Virus record (IMG/VR): IMGVR_UViG_3300044634_001013
Span: 5,702-69,701 of that record
From: a virus
Length of the DNA: 64,000 nt
Direction: 5' to 3' (one strand)
Every line of letters starts with the position of its first letter. Positions within the stretch are counted from its first letter, which is position 1. This document shows positions 26,582-36,900 of the stretch, piece after piece. The position numbers were made by a program, and so were the translations under genes. A model generated the notes under the pieces. The model saw only the letters and a list, made by a program, of their open reading frames with translations. It was not told the origin of the DNA and ran no database searches.

Positions 26582-27565
26582 ATGGCTGAGATCTTAGTAA
26601 ACACAAACAATCCAATAAAGCATAAAGTTTTTTGGAAGGGTGAGCCAACAGACTCAGACTCTTTGCCAACAGTAAAAGTTTATGACACCACAGAAGACCC
26701 TACTCTAAACGTTTTAATATCACCAAACTCAGTACTCTATGTATTGACAGCTGAGAAGCTTGAAACAGATATAGGCGTATATCAGGTGACCCTGCCGCTT
26801 ATTGTTACAAAAGAAAGTAAGAATTTAAAGTTACGATGGGAATATACCGTAGGCGGACAAGAAGCTTATAAAGAGCACAAGCTTTATGTTGTGACGCCAT
26901 ATGTTGATATTGAGCAGGCTGTTGACGCATTAAACTTAGGATCAGATTCTTCTGACCCAAACTATAGAACGTATAATGAAATTTTAGATGCTGAACGCTG
27001 GGCCAGAAGAGCAATTGAAAATTATACTGGCCAGCAATTTTATCTATACGATGATACTCAGGTTGTATATGGTTCTGGAGCAGACCTTCTTCCATTGCCA
27101 TATAAAATTCATGAAGTGCACGATCTAACTCAAAACGACGTTATGCTTGTTGACTACTTAAACAACATAAATAATTGGAACCAAGACTTAAAAATATCAG
27201 AGACTGGTTTTGGAATTAGAGTAAATCGTGCAACTATGCTTGACAACACAGTATACGTTGCAAATGGAATGGTTCCGCCATCAATTAATGATACGACAAA
27301 TGGCGTGTTCATAAAAGGATACACTTATCGTGTTCATGGAAGATATGGCTGGGAGTATGTTCCAGCCGAGGTAGAACTTGCGTGTATTGAACTAATGAGA
27401 GACTACTTCTCTAAGGATAAAAACTGGAGAAACAAATACATTACTAGCCTACAGGCGTTTGACTGGAACTTTGAGTATAGCAGCGATACATATAAGGGCA
27501 CTGGAAATGTTTATGTTGATCAAATACTCTCTGCTTATGTTTTAAACCAGATGGTAGTGATCTAA
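26582..27565 (+). CDS. Head-to-tail adaptor
   Basis: AERWARRAIENYTGQQF, GRYGWEYVPAEVELACIEL, TGNVYVDQILSAY; synteny. Confidence 0.75.
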   Translation: MAEILVNTNNPIKHKVFWKGEPTDSDSLPTVKVYDTTEDPTLNVLISPNSVLYVLTAEKLETDIGVYQVTLPLIVTKESKNLKLRWEYTVGGQEAYKEHKLYVVTPYVDIEQAVDALNLGSDSSDPNYRTYNEILDAERWARRAIENYTGQQFYLYDDTQVVYGSGADLLPLPYKIHEVHDLTQNDVMLVDYLNNINNWNQDLKISETGFGIRVNRATMLDNTVYVANGMVPPSINDTTNGVFIKGYTYRVHGRYGWEYVPAEVELACIELMRDYFSKDKNWRNKYITSLQAFDWNFEYSSDTYKGTGNVYVDQILSAYVLNQMVVI

Positions 27566-27994
27566 ATGAATAATCTCATAGATGCCTTTCTGTCTATGAA
27601 GATGGACGTTTACAGACAGTTTGATACTCAGAATGAAGACACAGGCGCTATTATAAAAGAGTGGCACTATTATAAAACAGTAGACTGCCACGCAAAGGGT
27701 GTTGTTAGTAACTCTGCAACAACAAGATCTAGCGACAAGCAAATTTTTGATAATAGATATATTAACGACCAGATAATTCAAGTTAGAACTGCTGAAAGAA
27801 TAACCACACGAGAAAAGGTTACTAACATAAGAGATTCTGATGGAAATGTAGTTTGGATTGAAATTAATTTTCCGTCAGAAACCCCAACCGTATTTGAGGT
27901 AATGGGAACTACTCCGATAACTGATCCTTTTGGAAAAGCCATTGCTTATAATTCAGCAATGAAGAGATCGGAGAACCAGAGAATTGGACAATAG
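27566..27994 (+). CDS. Head-tail stopper/closure protein
   Basis: Size, beta-rich pattern and position after the adaptor. Confidence 0.6.
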   Translation: MNNLIDAFLSMKMDVYRQFDTQNEDTGAIIKEWHYYKTVDCHAKGVVSNSATTRSSDKQIFDNRYINDQIIQVRTAERITTREKVTNIRDSDGNVVWIEINFPSETPTVFEVMGTTPITDPFGKAIAYNSAMKRSENQRIGQ

Positions 27995-28766
27995 CAAAGT
28001 ATTGGTTCAGGCTGCAAGCGGACTAGAAAGACTCATGGTTGGTCAAGCGGCGGGTCCATTAAAGGATAGTAATGTTGCACAGATATCTGCCTATGTTTAT
28101 TACACAGCTCAAGTTATATCTAAGCTAACAACAAATAAACAATTTCAAAATAAATTTGCAAAAACTATGTTTGACCAGATACAGTCTGATTTTGGTGCAT
28201 ACATTGACGCACAGGCTAGAGTAAAACCAAAATCTTTACATCATGTTTATGAGTGGAAAAGAACTGGAGATATGAATGCTAGACTGTTTAAGCTAAATAA
28301 GATATCTCAAGATGGACTTTCTTTTAGATTAGATTATGAATTATTGCCTTCAAAATCTTTAGTTCCAACTGGTAAAGGAAAGCACAGGCACGTGTTTGCT
28401 AACAAAGCCTCTATCATGGAAGCTGGAATGCCCGTAGTAATTGCTCCAAGGGCTGCAGAGCGCTTAGTATTTGAAACTAATGGTATAACAGTCTTTATGC
28501 CTAAAGGAGCCTCAGTGACCGTTAAAAGGCCAGGAGGAGCAGGTGCAAGAAATCAATTTGGATTGGCATACAGTATTTTCTTTTCTGGACAGTTGGTAAA
28601 TAGCTCAATTAAAAAGTCTGGATTTCAAAAAATATTTAATTCTGGAATAACTAAGGCATTAAAGTTGCCACCTAATATTAAAACAGTTCAATATAAATTT
28701 TCAGCAAATTCAATTAAAATACAGGCAGACGCAAGCCTTGCCGCAGCATTCGGAGGTGCTCTATGA
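27984..28766 (+). CDS. Neck/tail-completion protein
   Basis: Basic protein with LHHVYEW and KASIMEAG..V.I.P...RLVF motifs; synteny. Confidence 0.55.
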   Translation: MDNSKVLVQAASGLERLMVGQAAGPLKDSNVAQISAYVYYTAQVISKLTTNKQFQNKFAKTMFDQIQSDFGAYIDAQARVKPKSLHHVYEWKRTGDMNARLFKLNKISQDGLSFRLDYELLPSKSLVPTGKGKHRHVFANKASIMEAGMPVVIAPRAAERLVFETNGITVFMPKGASVTVKRPGGAGARNQFGLAYSIFFSGQLVNSSIKKSGFQKIFNSGITKALKLPPNIKTVQYKFSANSIKIQADASLAAAFGGAL

Positions 28767-29275
28767 CGATTATATATAAAATGGATGCGATGCTTGAAAT
28801 AAGAAAGTATCTTTGGGATCAGCTAAAGTATATGGGGCTATTTGTAGATACAGATTATTATAGCGATAACGTGGGCTTAGAGATAGTACCAATAATTCCT
28901 GTTCAGCAGGCGGCAGAGCTAAATCAATTTCTTAGCGGTAAGACCCACATAGTATATGATAAGATCGGAATGTCATTTGAAGAAATGTGGGCGATATCAT
29001 GCGATCAGGTTTTATTTACAATATATTCAACCGATGTGTCAGAGATAAACTCACTTAGAAACTTCATGGTGGACTTGTTTAGAAGAATGGACGAGTCTGC
29101 AGCAGATGTAAATAAATGGGCTGGGTTGTCTAATAAGTTTAAGTTTCATAGCATATTCATTGCAGATATATCCCCTACATCTCCATCAGAGGAGTTGCAG
29201 GGTTTCTTTTCAGCAGATGTAGTCCTAGAGCTAAAGTACTCTAGGATAGCAGACGTAAACGGCAGAATTGTTTAA
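28763..29275 (+). CDS. Tail terminator protein
   Basis: ATGA overlap; located immediately before the major tail gene. Confidence 0.6.
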   Translation: MTIIYKMDAMLEIRKYLWDQLKYMGLFVDTDYYSDNVGLEIVPIIPVQQAAELNQFLSGKTHIVYDKIGMSFEEMWAISCDQVLFTIYSTDVSEINSLRNFMVDLFRRMDESAADVNKWAGLSNKFKFHSIFIADISPTSPSEELQGFFSADVVLELKYSRIADVNGRIV

Positions 29276-29277
29276 AT

Positions 29278-29306
29278 TTGCCTTATGACCTAAGATGGCC
29301 TAAAAT
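29278..29306 (+). promoter_or_regulatory. Promoter TTGCCT-17-TAAAAT for the major tail gene
   Basis: Hexamers and spacing match 23632-23660. Confidence 0.7.
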
Positions 29307-29390
29307 TGGACATAGAGGAAAGGGTCTAGCCAACCAAACAAAAGTTTTAAAAAAATTGAATATTTATTTTTAGAAAAATAGGAGGTTAAA

Positions 29391-30131
29391 GTGGCAACAT
29401 ATAATAATGCCAAGAATATTCTCGTAGGAGCATCACCATTGTTCCTTTCAGAGAAAGATTCGACACAATCAGGTTATGTAGAAAATATGGAACCAGGCGC
29501 TTCTTCAGGTGTTGCATTCTCAACAGGTGTATCATACACCACAACTTTGAATGCAGATACATCTGATAAGTACCGTAACGTTGGTTATACCAACAATGGT
29601 CTTCAGATTACATATAACCCAACATTTGATTCAGTAACAGTAGATCAGCTTCTTGATACAGCTAAGCTTTTCAAGTCTGCTATGGAAGTTATGATCATGA
29701 CAGAAATGTCAGAAGGTACTCTTGAAAACGTTCTTGTTGTATTCGGACAGGGCGGAACAGATACATCATCTGATCCAATCTCAGCAACAAATACACTAAC
29801 AACAAATTCAGCTTACTCACAAGCATCACCAACAACATCAGGAACAAAGACTCTAGGTCTTGCAGCTGGTGCTCTTGGAGTTGCTCCAACAGAGCGTCAA
29901 CTTATTGCAGTTGGACAGGCACCAACAGGCTCAAACGACAAGATCGTTTCAGCAGAGCGTGTATATTATGCACGTCGTGTTCTTTCAGTACAGCAATCAC
30001 AGTTCTCTCTAGCTCGTAACGCAGCAACCACATTCCCAGTAACATTCCGTCTGCTTCCAGATGGTAATACAGCATACGCTGGCCAGGAATATGGAAAGAT
30101 CATTGACCGTATCCTTACAGTCACTGCATAA
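29391..30131 (+). CDS. Major tail (tube) protein
   Basis: AGGAGGT + GTG; NILVGA, VGYTNNGLQITY.P...VDQ, FPVTFRLLP; followed by terminator, chaperone and tape measure genes. Confidence 0.88.
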   Translation: MATYNNAKNILVGASPLFLSEKDSTQSGYVENMEPGASSGVAFSTGVSYTTTLNADTSDKYRNVGYTNNGLQITYNPTFDSVTVDQLLDTAKLFKSAMEVMIMTEMSEGTLENVLVVFGQGGTDTSSDPISATNTLTTNSAYSQASPTTSGTKTLGLAAGALGVAPTERQLIAVGQAPTGSNDKIVSAERVYYARRVLSVQQSQFSLARNAATTFPVTFRLLPDGNTAYAGQEYGKIIDRILTVTA

Positions 30132-30152
30132 TAATTTAATATTATTATAAAC

Positions 30153-30181
30153 AGAAACCCCCATTAATTTGGGGGTTTTCT
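30153..30181 (+). terminator. Rho-independent terminator after the major tail gene
   Basis: AGAAACCCCCA-TTAATT-TGGGGGTTTTCT. Confidence 0.85.
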
Positions 30182-30183
30182 GC

Positions 30184-30212
30184 TTGTATTAGTAATGGTA
30201 TTTTAGTATAAT
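30184..30212 (+). promoter_or_regulatory. Promoter TTGTAT-17-TATAAT
   Basis: Near-consensus hexamers, 17-bp spacer, upstream of AGGAGG SD. Confidence 0.75.
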
Positions 30213-30238
30213 GATTTAGACGATCCTAGGAGGATAAA

Positions 30239-30571
30239 TTGGCAACTACAGTATACGACGTAGAAGAAATTGAACTACAAAACGGGGATAAGGCAAAGCT
30301 AAAGCCCCTTACAATTAAAGAGCTAAGAAAATTTATGGCGGCGATTCAAAAGACCGCAGACTCAAAAACAGAAGATGAAACACTTACAGTGTTAATTGAT
30401 GCATGTGCAGTAGCACTTGAAAGACAGTTACCTGAACTAGTAAAAGATAGAGATGCATTAGAAGATGCTCTGGACGTACCCACAATCAATCGCATCCTTG
30501 AGGTATGCGGTGGGATTAAGATGGACGACCCAAACCTTCTAGCGGCGGCGGTTCTGGCTGGTCAGAACTAG
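30239..30571 (+). CDS. Tail assembly chaperone (gpG-like)
   Basis: TTG start after AGGAGG; LKPLTIKELRKF; lies between the tube and tape measure genes. Confidence 0.85.
   Translation: MATTVYDVEEIELQNGDKAKLKPLTIKELRKFMAAIQKTADSKTEDETLTVLIDACAVALERQLPELVKDRDALEDALDVPTINRILEVCGGIKMDDPNLLAAAVLAGQN
30529..30535 (+). other. Programmed -1 ribosomal frameshift slippery site C CCA AAC
   Basis: X XXY YYZ heptamer in the correct phase; the -1 frame is open from 30520 to 30903. Confidence 0.8.
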
Positions 30572-30903
30572 ACCTTGCCGCATTAGAGGGAGAACTGTTT
30601 CTTCTAGGTCATTGGAAAAATTACGAAGATCTAGAAGAGCAGTTATCAATGCCAGAGTTAATAAATACTTTTAAGGCAATACAAAAGAGAGAGCAAGAGA
30701 AACGAAAGTTTTTAGCATCACTTCAAGGTATTGACTTAGATGGAGAAGAAAAAGAAAAAAGCGAGGGCACCACCTTCGATGATATCAGAGCAAGAGCACT
30801 AGGAATTAGTGCATCTTCAAGCGATGTTGTTTCTTTGCAAGGATCATTTGCAGCAGAAGCAGGGTTTGGTATCGGAGCAGGATTGGGATACTCTAGGGAG
30901 TAA
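30535..30903 (+). CDS. Frameshift extension of the tail chaperone (gpGT-like C-terminal part; includes listed ORF 30649-30903)
   Basis: -1 frame reads PSSGGGSGWSELDLAALEGELFLLGHWKNYEDLEEQLSMPEL...; no SD before ATG 30649. Confidence 0.78.
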   Translation, partial: PSSGGGSGWSELDLAALEGELFLLGHWKNYEDLEEQLSMPELINTFKAIQKREQEKRKFLASLQGIDLDGEEKEKSEGTTFDDIRARALGISASSSDVVSLQGSFAAEAGFGIGAGLGYSRE

Positions 30904-30910
30904 CTAGTAA

Positions 30911-33900
30911 ATGGCTGACGAAAATATAGTCACGAATATAGTCGCTAATGCCGACTTTTCAAATCTTATTGCCGATGTGCATAAGGTTACAGCATCACTC
31001 TCTAAACTCCAGGAGCAAATAGCCAACTCTAATAAGATGTTGGCAAATCAAATTTCTGTAATGAATAAGTCCTTTTCGGACACATTAAGAAGCACTGGTC
31101 AATTCTCCACACACTTTGTAAGCTTACAGTCAGATGTTGAAAGGTTTGGAAAAAACTTAGATGGCGGAAAGTTAAAGCTAAATCAGTATTTCCAAACACT
31201 TCAAACCCATACTAGGACTTCAGGCGGATTAATAAGAGACCTTGCCAAGCAGCAGGTTGCTTTACAAAATGCTGTATTACAACCACTAGGTAAAAACTCA
31301 CAGGGCTTAATGCAGTTTAATGTGCATGTTCCAAGAGGACTAGATGAAGTAAAGAACAAAACTGCAATAGCTAGACAAGAACTTCAGATTATGAATAAGG
31401 TAATCCAGCAGGGTGCAGGACAACTTATTAACTGGGGTAAAAATACACAGTGGGCTGGTCGTCAGTTAACTGTAGGATTAACAGTTCCACTTGCAGCTTT
31501 TGGAAAAGCAGCAGCAGATGCATTTAGACAAGCAGACCAAGAGCTAGTAAGATTAACTAAGGTATATGGAGATGTTGCTGGTACATCAGCACAAGAATTA
31601 GGCAAAGTCAGAGATGATGTAATTGCAACTTCAAGAGAGCTTTCAAAAGCATACGGAGTTTCATTTAAAGACACCATCGCACTTGCTGCAGACATTGCCG
31701 CAACTGGAAAAACTGGAAATGAGCTTTTAGCATCAATAAAAGAAACAAGTCGTCTAGCCGTGCTCGGAGAAGTAGACAGACAAGATGCCATGAAAGCAAC
31801 TCTTGCAATTCAGACAGCATTTAAACAAAATACAGATGAGCTGTCTGAATCAATTAACTTTCTTAACGCAGTTGAAAACCAGACATCTACAACTCTTAAT
31901 GACTTAGTAGAAGCAATTCCAAAAGCAGGCCCCGTCATTCAAGGACTTGGGGGAAGCGTTCAAGACTTAGCTCTTTACCTAACAGCAATGAGAGAAGGCG
32001 GAATTAATGCATCAGAAGGTGCCAACGCTTTAAAGTCAGCGCTTGCTTCTTTAATTAACCCAACAAATGTTGCAGTAGAAAAGTTCCAAGGATTTGGAAT
32101 TGATCTTTTAGGTATTGTAGGTAAGAATGCTGGCAATGTAACAGGAACACTTTTAGAACTACAAGGAGCCTTAGATAATTTAGACCCTCTTCAAAAGCAG
32201 CAGGCTATTGAGCAGCTATTCGGTAAATTCCAGTTTGCAAGACTAAACGCTCTATTTGAGAATCTTGGAAGACAGGGTAGCCAGACTCTTCAAGTTATGG
32301 ACCTAATGAAAGCAAGCTCACAAGATTTAGCAAATGTGGCTGGCCGAGAATTAGGTGCAGTAACAGAGTCAGCTTCTGGTAAATATCGCCGAGCAATTGA
32401 AGGATTAAAGGCAGACTTAGCTGGAGTGGGAGAACAATTTCTTTCAATTAACACAGCACTTATTAATGTTGTTGATAAAGTTCTGCAGTTTGTAAATAAT
32501 TTGCCTAAGCCTCTAAAACAAGCACTTACCTTTCTAGGTGGATTAACAGCAGTTGCTGGTCCACTTATCATGCTCACTGGTGTGCTTGCAAACTTCTTTG
32601 GCTACATACTTAAGGGTGTAGGTCACATGAAAGCTTTCTTCCGTGGCGGAGAAGGATGGAAGTACTTAACGCCAGAAATTCTTGCTTCAGAAAAAGCAGG
32701 AAAGCTTATGGAGCAAACCTTTTATTCAGATGCAAAAGCAGCGGGAGTTCTACAACTAGCTCTAAGAAACCTAATTGATGAGTTTACCATACTTGAAGCT
32801 AAGGCTAAATCAGGAGCCATATCTGTATCACCAGCAATTAATACAATGGCTGGAAACCTTGTTCAATCTGCTGGACCTGGAGGAAGAGTTGTAAATCCTC
32901 AACACCCATTAATTAGTGCAGTTGATACACGCTCTATGTCACACATGAATCCAGTTGCTGGAATGACTGAGCAGCAGAAATTAGCACAGACATTATTTGG
33001 CGTAGTTCCTGGAGCACCTAGAGTAAATAATAAAATTAAAGATAATCCACAAATGTATATGTCTGGAGACCTGCCAAAGATTGAAGGTTTGACATCCGTA
33101 AGAGGAGTTTCAACTGGTGTTGTTTCAGAAGAAGCTGCTAAGTGGCATGCTATGACTGGTGCAATGGCAATGCAATCTCAATCAGAAATTGAATTATTAA
33201 AGAGTGAAGTTGCAGCAACAGGAACAATAACAGCAAGTCTTTCTGATTCTTATCAAGCACTGCTTCCTCAAATGACTGCTCTTACATCTAAAGCTGCTGC
33301 AGCATCGGCACAGATTGTTGCAGAACTTCAAGCAGGAAAACTTACTGTTGATCAAGCTCGTGCAAAAATCGTTCAGTTAAACTATGAAATTGAAGCTGCA
33401 ATGGGTCAAGCAGCTGCGGGAGTCGCACAGGCAACTGGAAGAAATATTAGTCTAACCCAACTCCCACTTGTAAATCAGCCAGTAGTTGATCCAAGCGGTA
33501 AGTCTAATATGAAAGAAATTAGCCGCCCAGGTCGAACAAGAGATTTATTGAATAAGGTTGCTCGTGGGCTTGGTGTAAGAACATATGGTGCTGGATATAG
33601 CACAGAAACAACAATACCAAAAAGATTTAACTCAGGTAATCTTGTACCAGGAACTGGAAATACTGATACTGTTCCAGCAATGCTTACCCCAGGAGAGTTT
33701 GTTGTAAATGCAAAAGCAACGAGACAAAATCTTCCATTACTGCAAGCAATAAATGGATCTGGCTCAAGAGGTCCTGGCTACCAGTTTGGTTCCTCAAAAG
33801 AAATTCGTGCAGATTATACTGGTAGAGAGCTAGCACATCTTACAGATATGATTTATACAAAAGATTTAAAGGCGGATCAACGGGCTGCATTAATGAGACA

Positions 33901-36900
33901 GTTTGGAGTAACTAATGCTGACATTGCCTCAGAAACTGGAAGATACGGATCTTCTTTGACGGCGGCATATCATGGATTCTTTAATCAAGGTACAAACAAT
34001 GGAAATCTAGATATACAAAAGGCCATCGACTACCTTGAAGGAAAGCCAGTATTAGATCCTAAAAATGGAATGGTAACACATAGTCCATCTATGGCATATA
34101 GAGCAATGATGATGGACCTAGGAGTTCCTGATTCCGAAATGGATGCATTCTCTAAAGACATGGATAGAAAAATTGTTGCTAATTTAAAGTCAGCCCAAGA
34201 GTCTGGATCGATATACCTTGCAGATACACCAAAAAATTCAAGTCAGGCTGGAACATCTACAATTGGAAAATCAATAGAAGATTATGTAAAGTCTACTGGT
34301 AATCCTGGAATGGTAAAAAGTCTTAGAGGGCTAAAGCAACCTGGAGAATTTAGAGTTCAAAGACAAGGTAGAAGTAGCTCTAATAGATACTTCCCCAAAG
34401 CTACATCTAAAGTTAGCACTATGTTGGCTTCTATTATTGCTAAAAAAAGAATGCCACAAAAACTTCCAAACCTTTTAGACATATTCCCAAAAACTGGTAA
34501 AGTTTTTCAGCTTCCAAAAGATGATATTATATCTAGAGGGTTAGCGTCAAGAACTCCATACAACAGAAGACTATATAGAAATCAAGGTGGCATAATTGGA
34601 ATGAACTCTGGAGGAATGGTTCCAGGAGTTCAGTATTTTAATGAAGGCTCAGATGGCCCAGTTCAACCAGCAAGAATAAGATTTGGTTCTGCTTTTGCAG
34701 CAGAAAGAGAAAAAGGATTTGTAGGAAGAAGCATGGCTGGTGGACCAATGGCTGGCATCGGCGTCGGTATGGGAATGCAAATGGCTGGCGGAATGATGGG
34801 TGGCAGTGCTGGCACAATGCTTCAGATGGCTTCTATATTGCCAATGATGGCTCCAAATATGTTAAGCGGAATACCAACAATGTTAGGTAAAATTTCTGGA
34901 GGATTAAAGAATGTAGGCGGATTTGCAAGCTTTGCTGGCAAAGCAATAGGAATGGCATTTAGAGTAGGACCACTTCTAGCAATTACTGCAGCAATTGCAG
35001 GAACCTATGCAATGTTTAAAAAGTTTAAGGAAGAGCAGGAGCAAAATAGAATTGAAGAAACAAATTCTATTGGAATTACAAAGAAGTCTGCGGCAGAAGC
35101 TGGAATTAAGTATAACAATTTATCTGATTCTATTAAAGCAGTAAATGACCAGCTTGATTTAACTAGAGCAAAGGGAAAGAACGCCTATGAGTCATTAAAC
35201 TCATCTGGAGTTCAAGGCTTAACACTAAGCATTAAAGAGCTTAAGGCTGGTATTCAGGATGCTAAAAAGAATCAAAAAGAATTGGTTTCAACATTTACAA
35301 ACATCGATGAAGGAACTGATATTCAGAGACAGCAAAAAGTAATTGAAATTGCAACCAACATGAAGGCGCAATTTGTCGCTGCTGGAATGTCTGCACAAGA
35401 TGCAACTAATAAAATATATGCAATCATATCGGCATCAGATAAAGCTGACATGGCATTTAATGCAATATCAAGCGCTGGATTTAGAAATATTATAGACTCA
35501 ACAACTGCAGCGGATTCAATGATAACTAAGCTTGGTAAAAACATGAATAGTTTAAGCGCAGATGATTTAGGAAATTCTATTTCAAATGCTACAAGTGCTT
35601 TGGACGTGAACCTTAAAAAGTTGATGCAAACAAAAGACGAAAATGGCAAATTGCTAACGCAACAGGAAGCCATGAAAAAAATACTAGATGACATTAACTC
35701 CAAAGAAGGAGCTAGAACAACAATTACATCTGGACAAATTGATACTCTTAAAAAGACTCATCCTGAGCTAGCGGCAATATTAAATGATTCTGACAATATA
35801 GCTGGAATGTATTCTAAGTGGAGACTCCTCCTGTCTGGAGTCAGAACTGACTTAAAGAATATTAGTTCTGAGCAGGCACAGGCACTTGCATCTTTTGAGG
35901 CAGCATTAGATACTGCAATTACAGCATCAGAAGCTGCTTCTACTGGAAGTGGTATTGCTTATAAATCACAAAAATCAATTGCAGCTCTTCAAAAACAAAT
36001 AGCGGCTGGTGGACAAAATGCTGCTAGATCTGCACAAAAAACACAAGATCAGATTAAAGAAGAAATTAAATTAATTGATAAGCGTATAGATAAGATTAAT
36101 GAAGAGGCAAATGCACGTAAGAAGGCTCTAGAGGCAAATCAAAGCAAAGAAAACCTAGCCCTTGAAATTCAAAAGGCTCAGCTAGAATATGCAGATAAGC
36201 TTGCTGCTGGAGACATGTCTGGTGCAGCACAAGCACAATTAAGAATTAAGCAGCTTCTAGGAGAAAAAGAAACTCAAAAGGCTCTAGACGCTATTGAAGA
36301 AAATAGATCAAAGCGTGAGAAGGTACTGCTTGAGCAAAGAGAAAAGCTTGAAGAGCAATCTAATAGGGCTGCTAAAAATCTTACAAATGCACAAAATAAT
36401 GCTGCTGCAGCTACAGAAAGAATGAGCAAGATAGATCAGTATCAAAACGAATACGAAAGGCTTATAAAAGAACAGTCAAGACTTGACTTAATTCTTAGTA
36501 AAGACCCTACAAATAAACAAGCATTGAAGGATCAAAAAGATTTGGTTCAAGGCCCACTAGGAGATTTAGCAAAACAAATTGCAGCTGATGCAACTGGTAA
36601 AGATAAAAATCTTGCAACTGAGCTAAAGAAAATATTTACTGGAACATTGATTGACGCAAGCGGTAAATCTTTGGCAGGTGGAATAACTCGTGAATATAGT
36701 GGAGCTCAAATGAGTGATCCTTTCTATAGACCTGGAGTAGCAGATAAGGCATTAAAGCAAGATGCATCAGCAGCACTTGCAGGCGCCAAAGCAATTACTG
36801 GCGGTAAAACAATTGCAGATCTATATAATGCATATCTTGGAATAGGTCAGGCTGGATCTACAACTGCAAAAACTGCATATGAAGTTGATACCAATTATGC

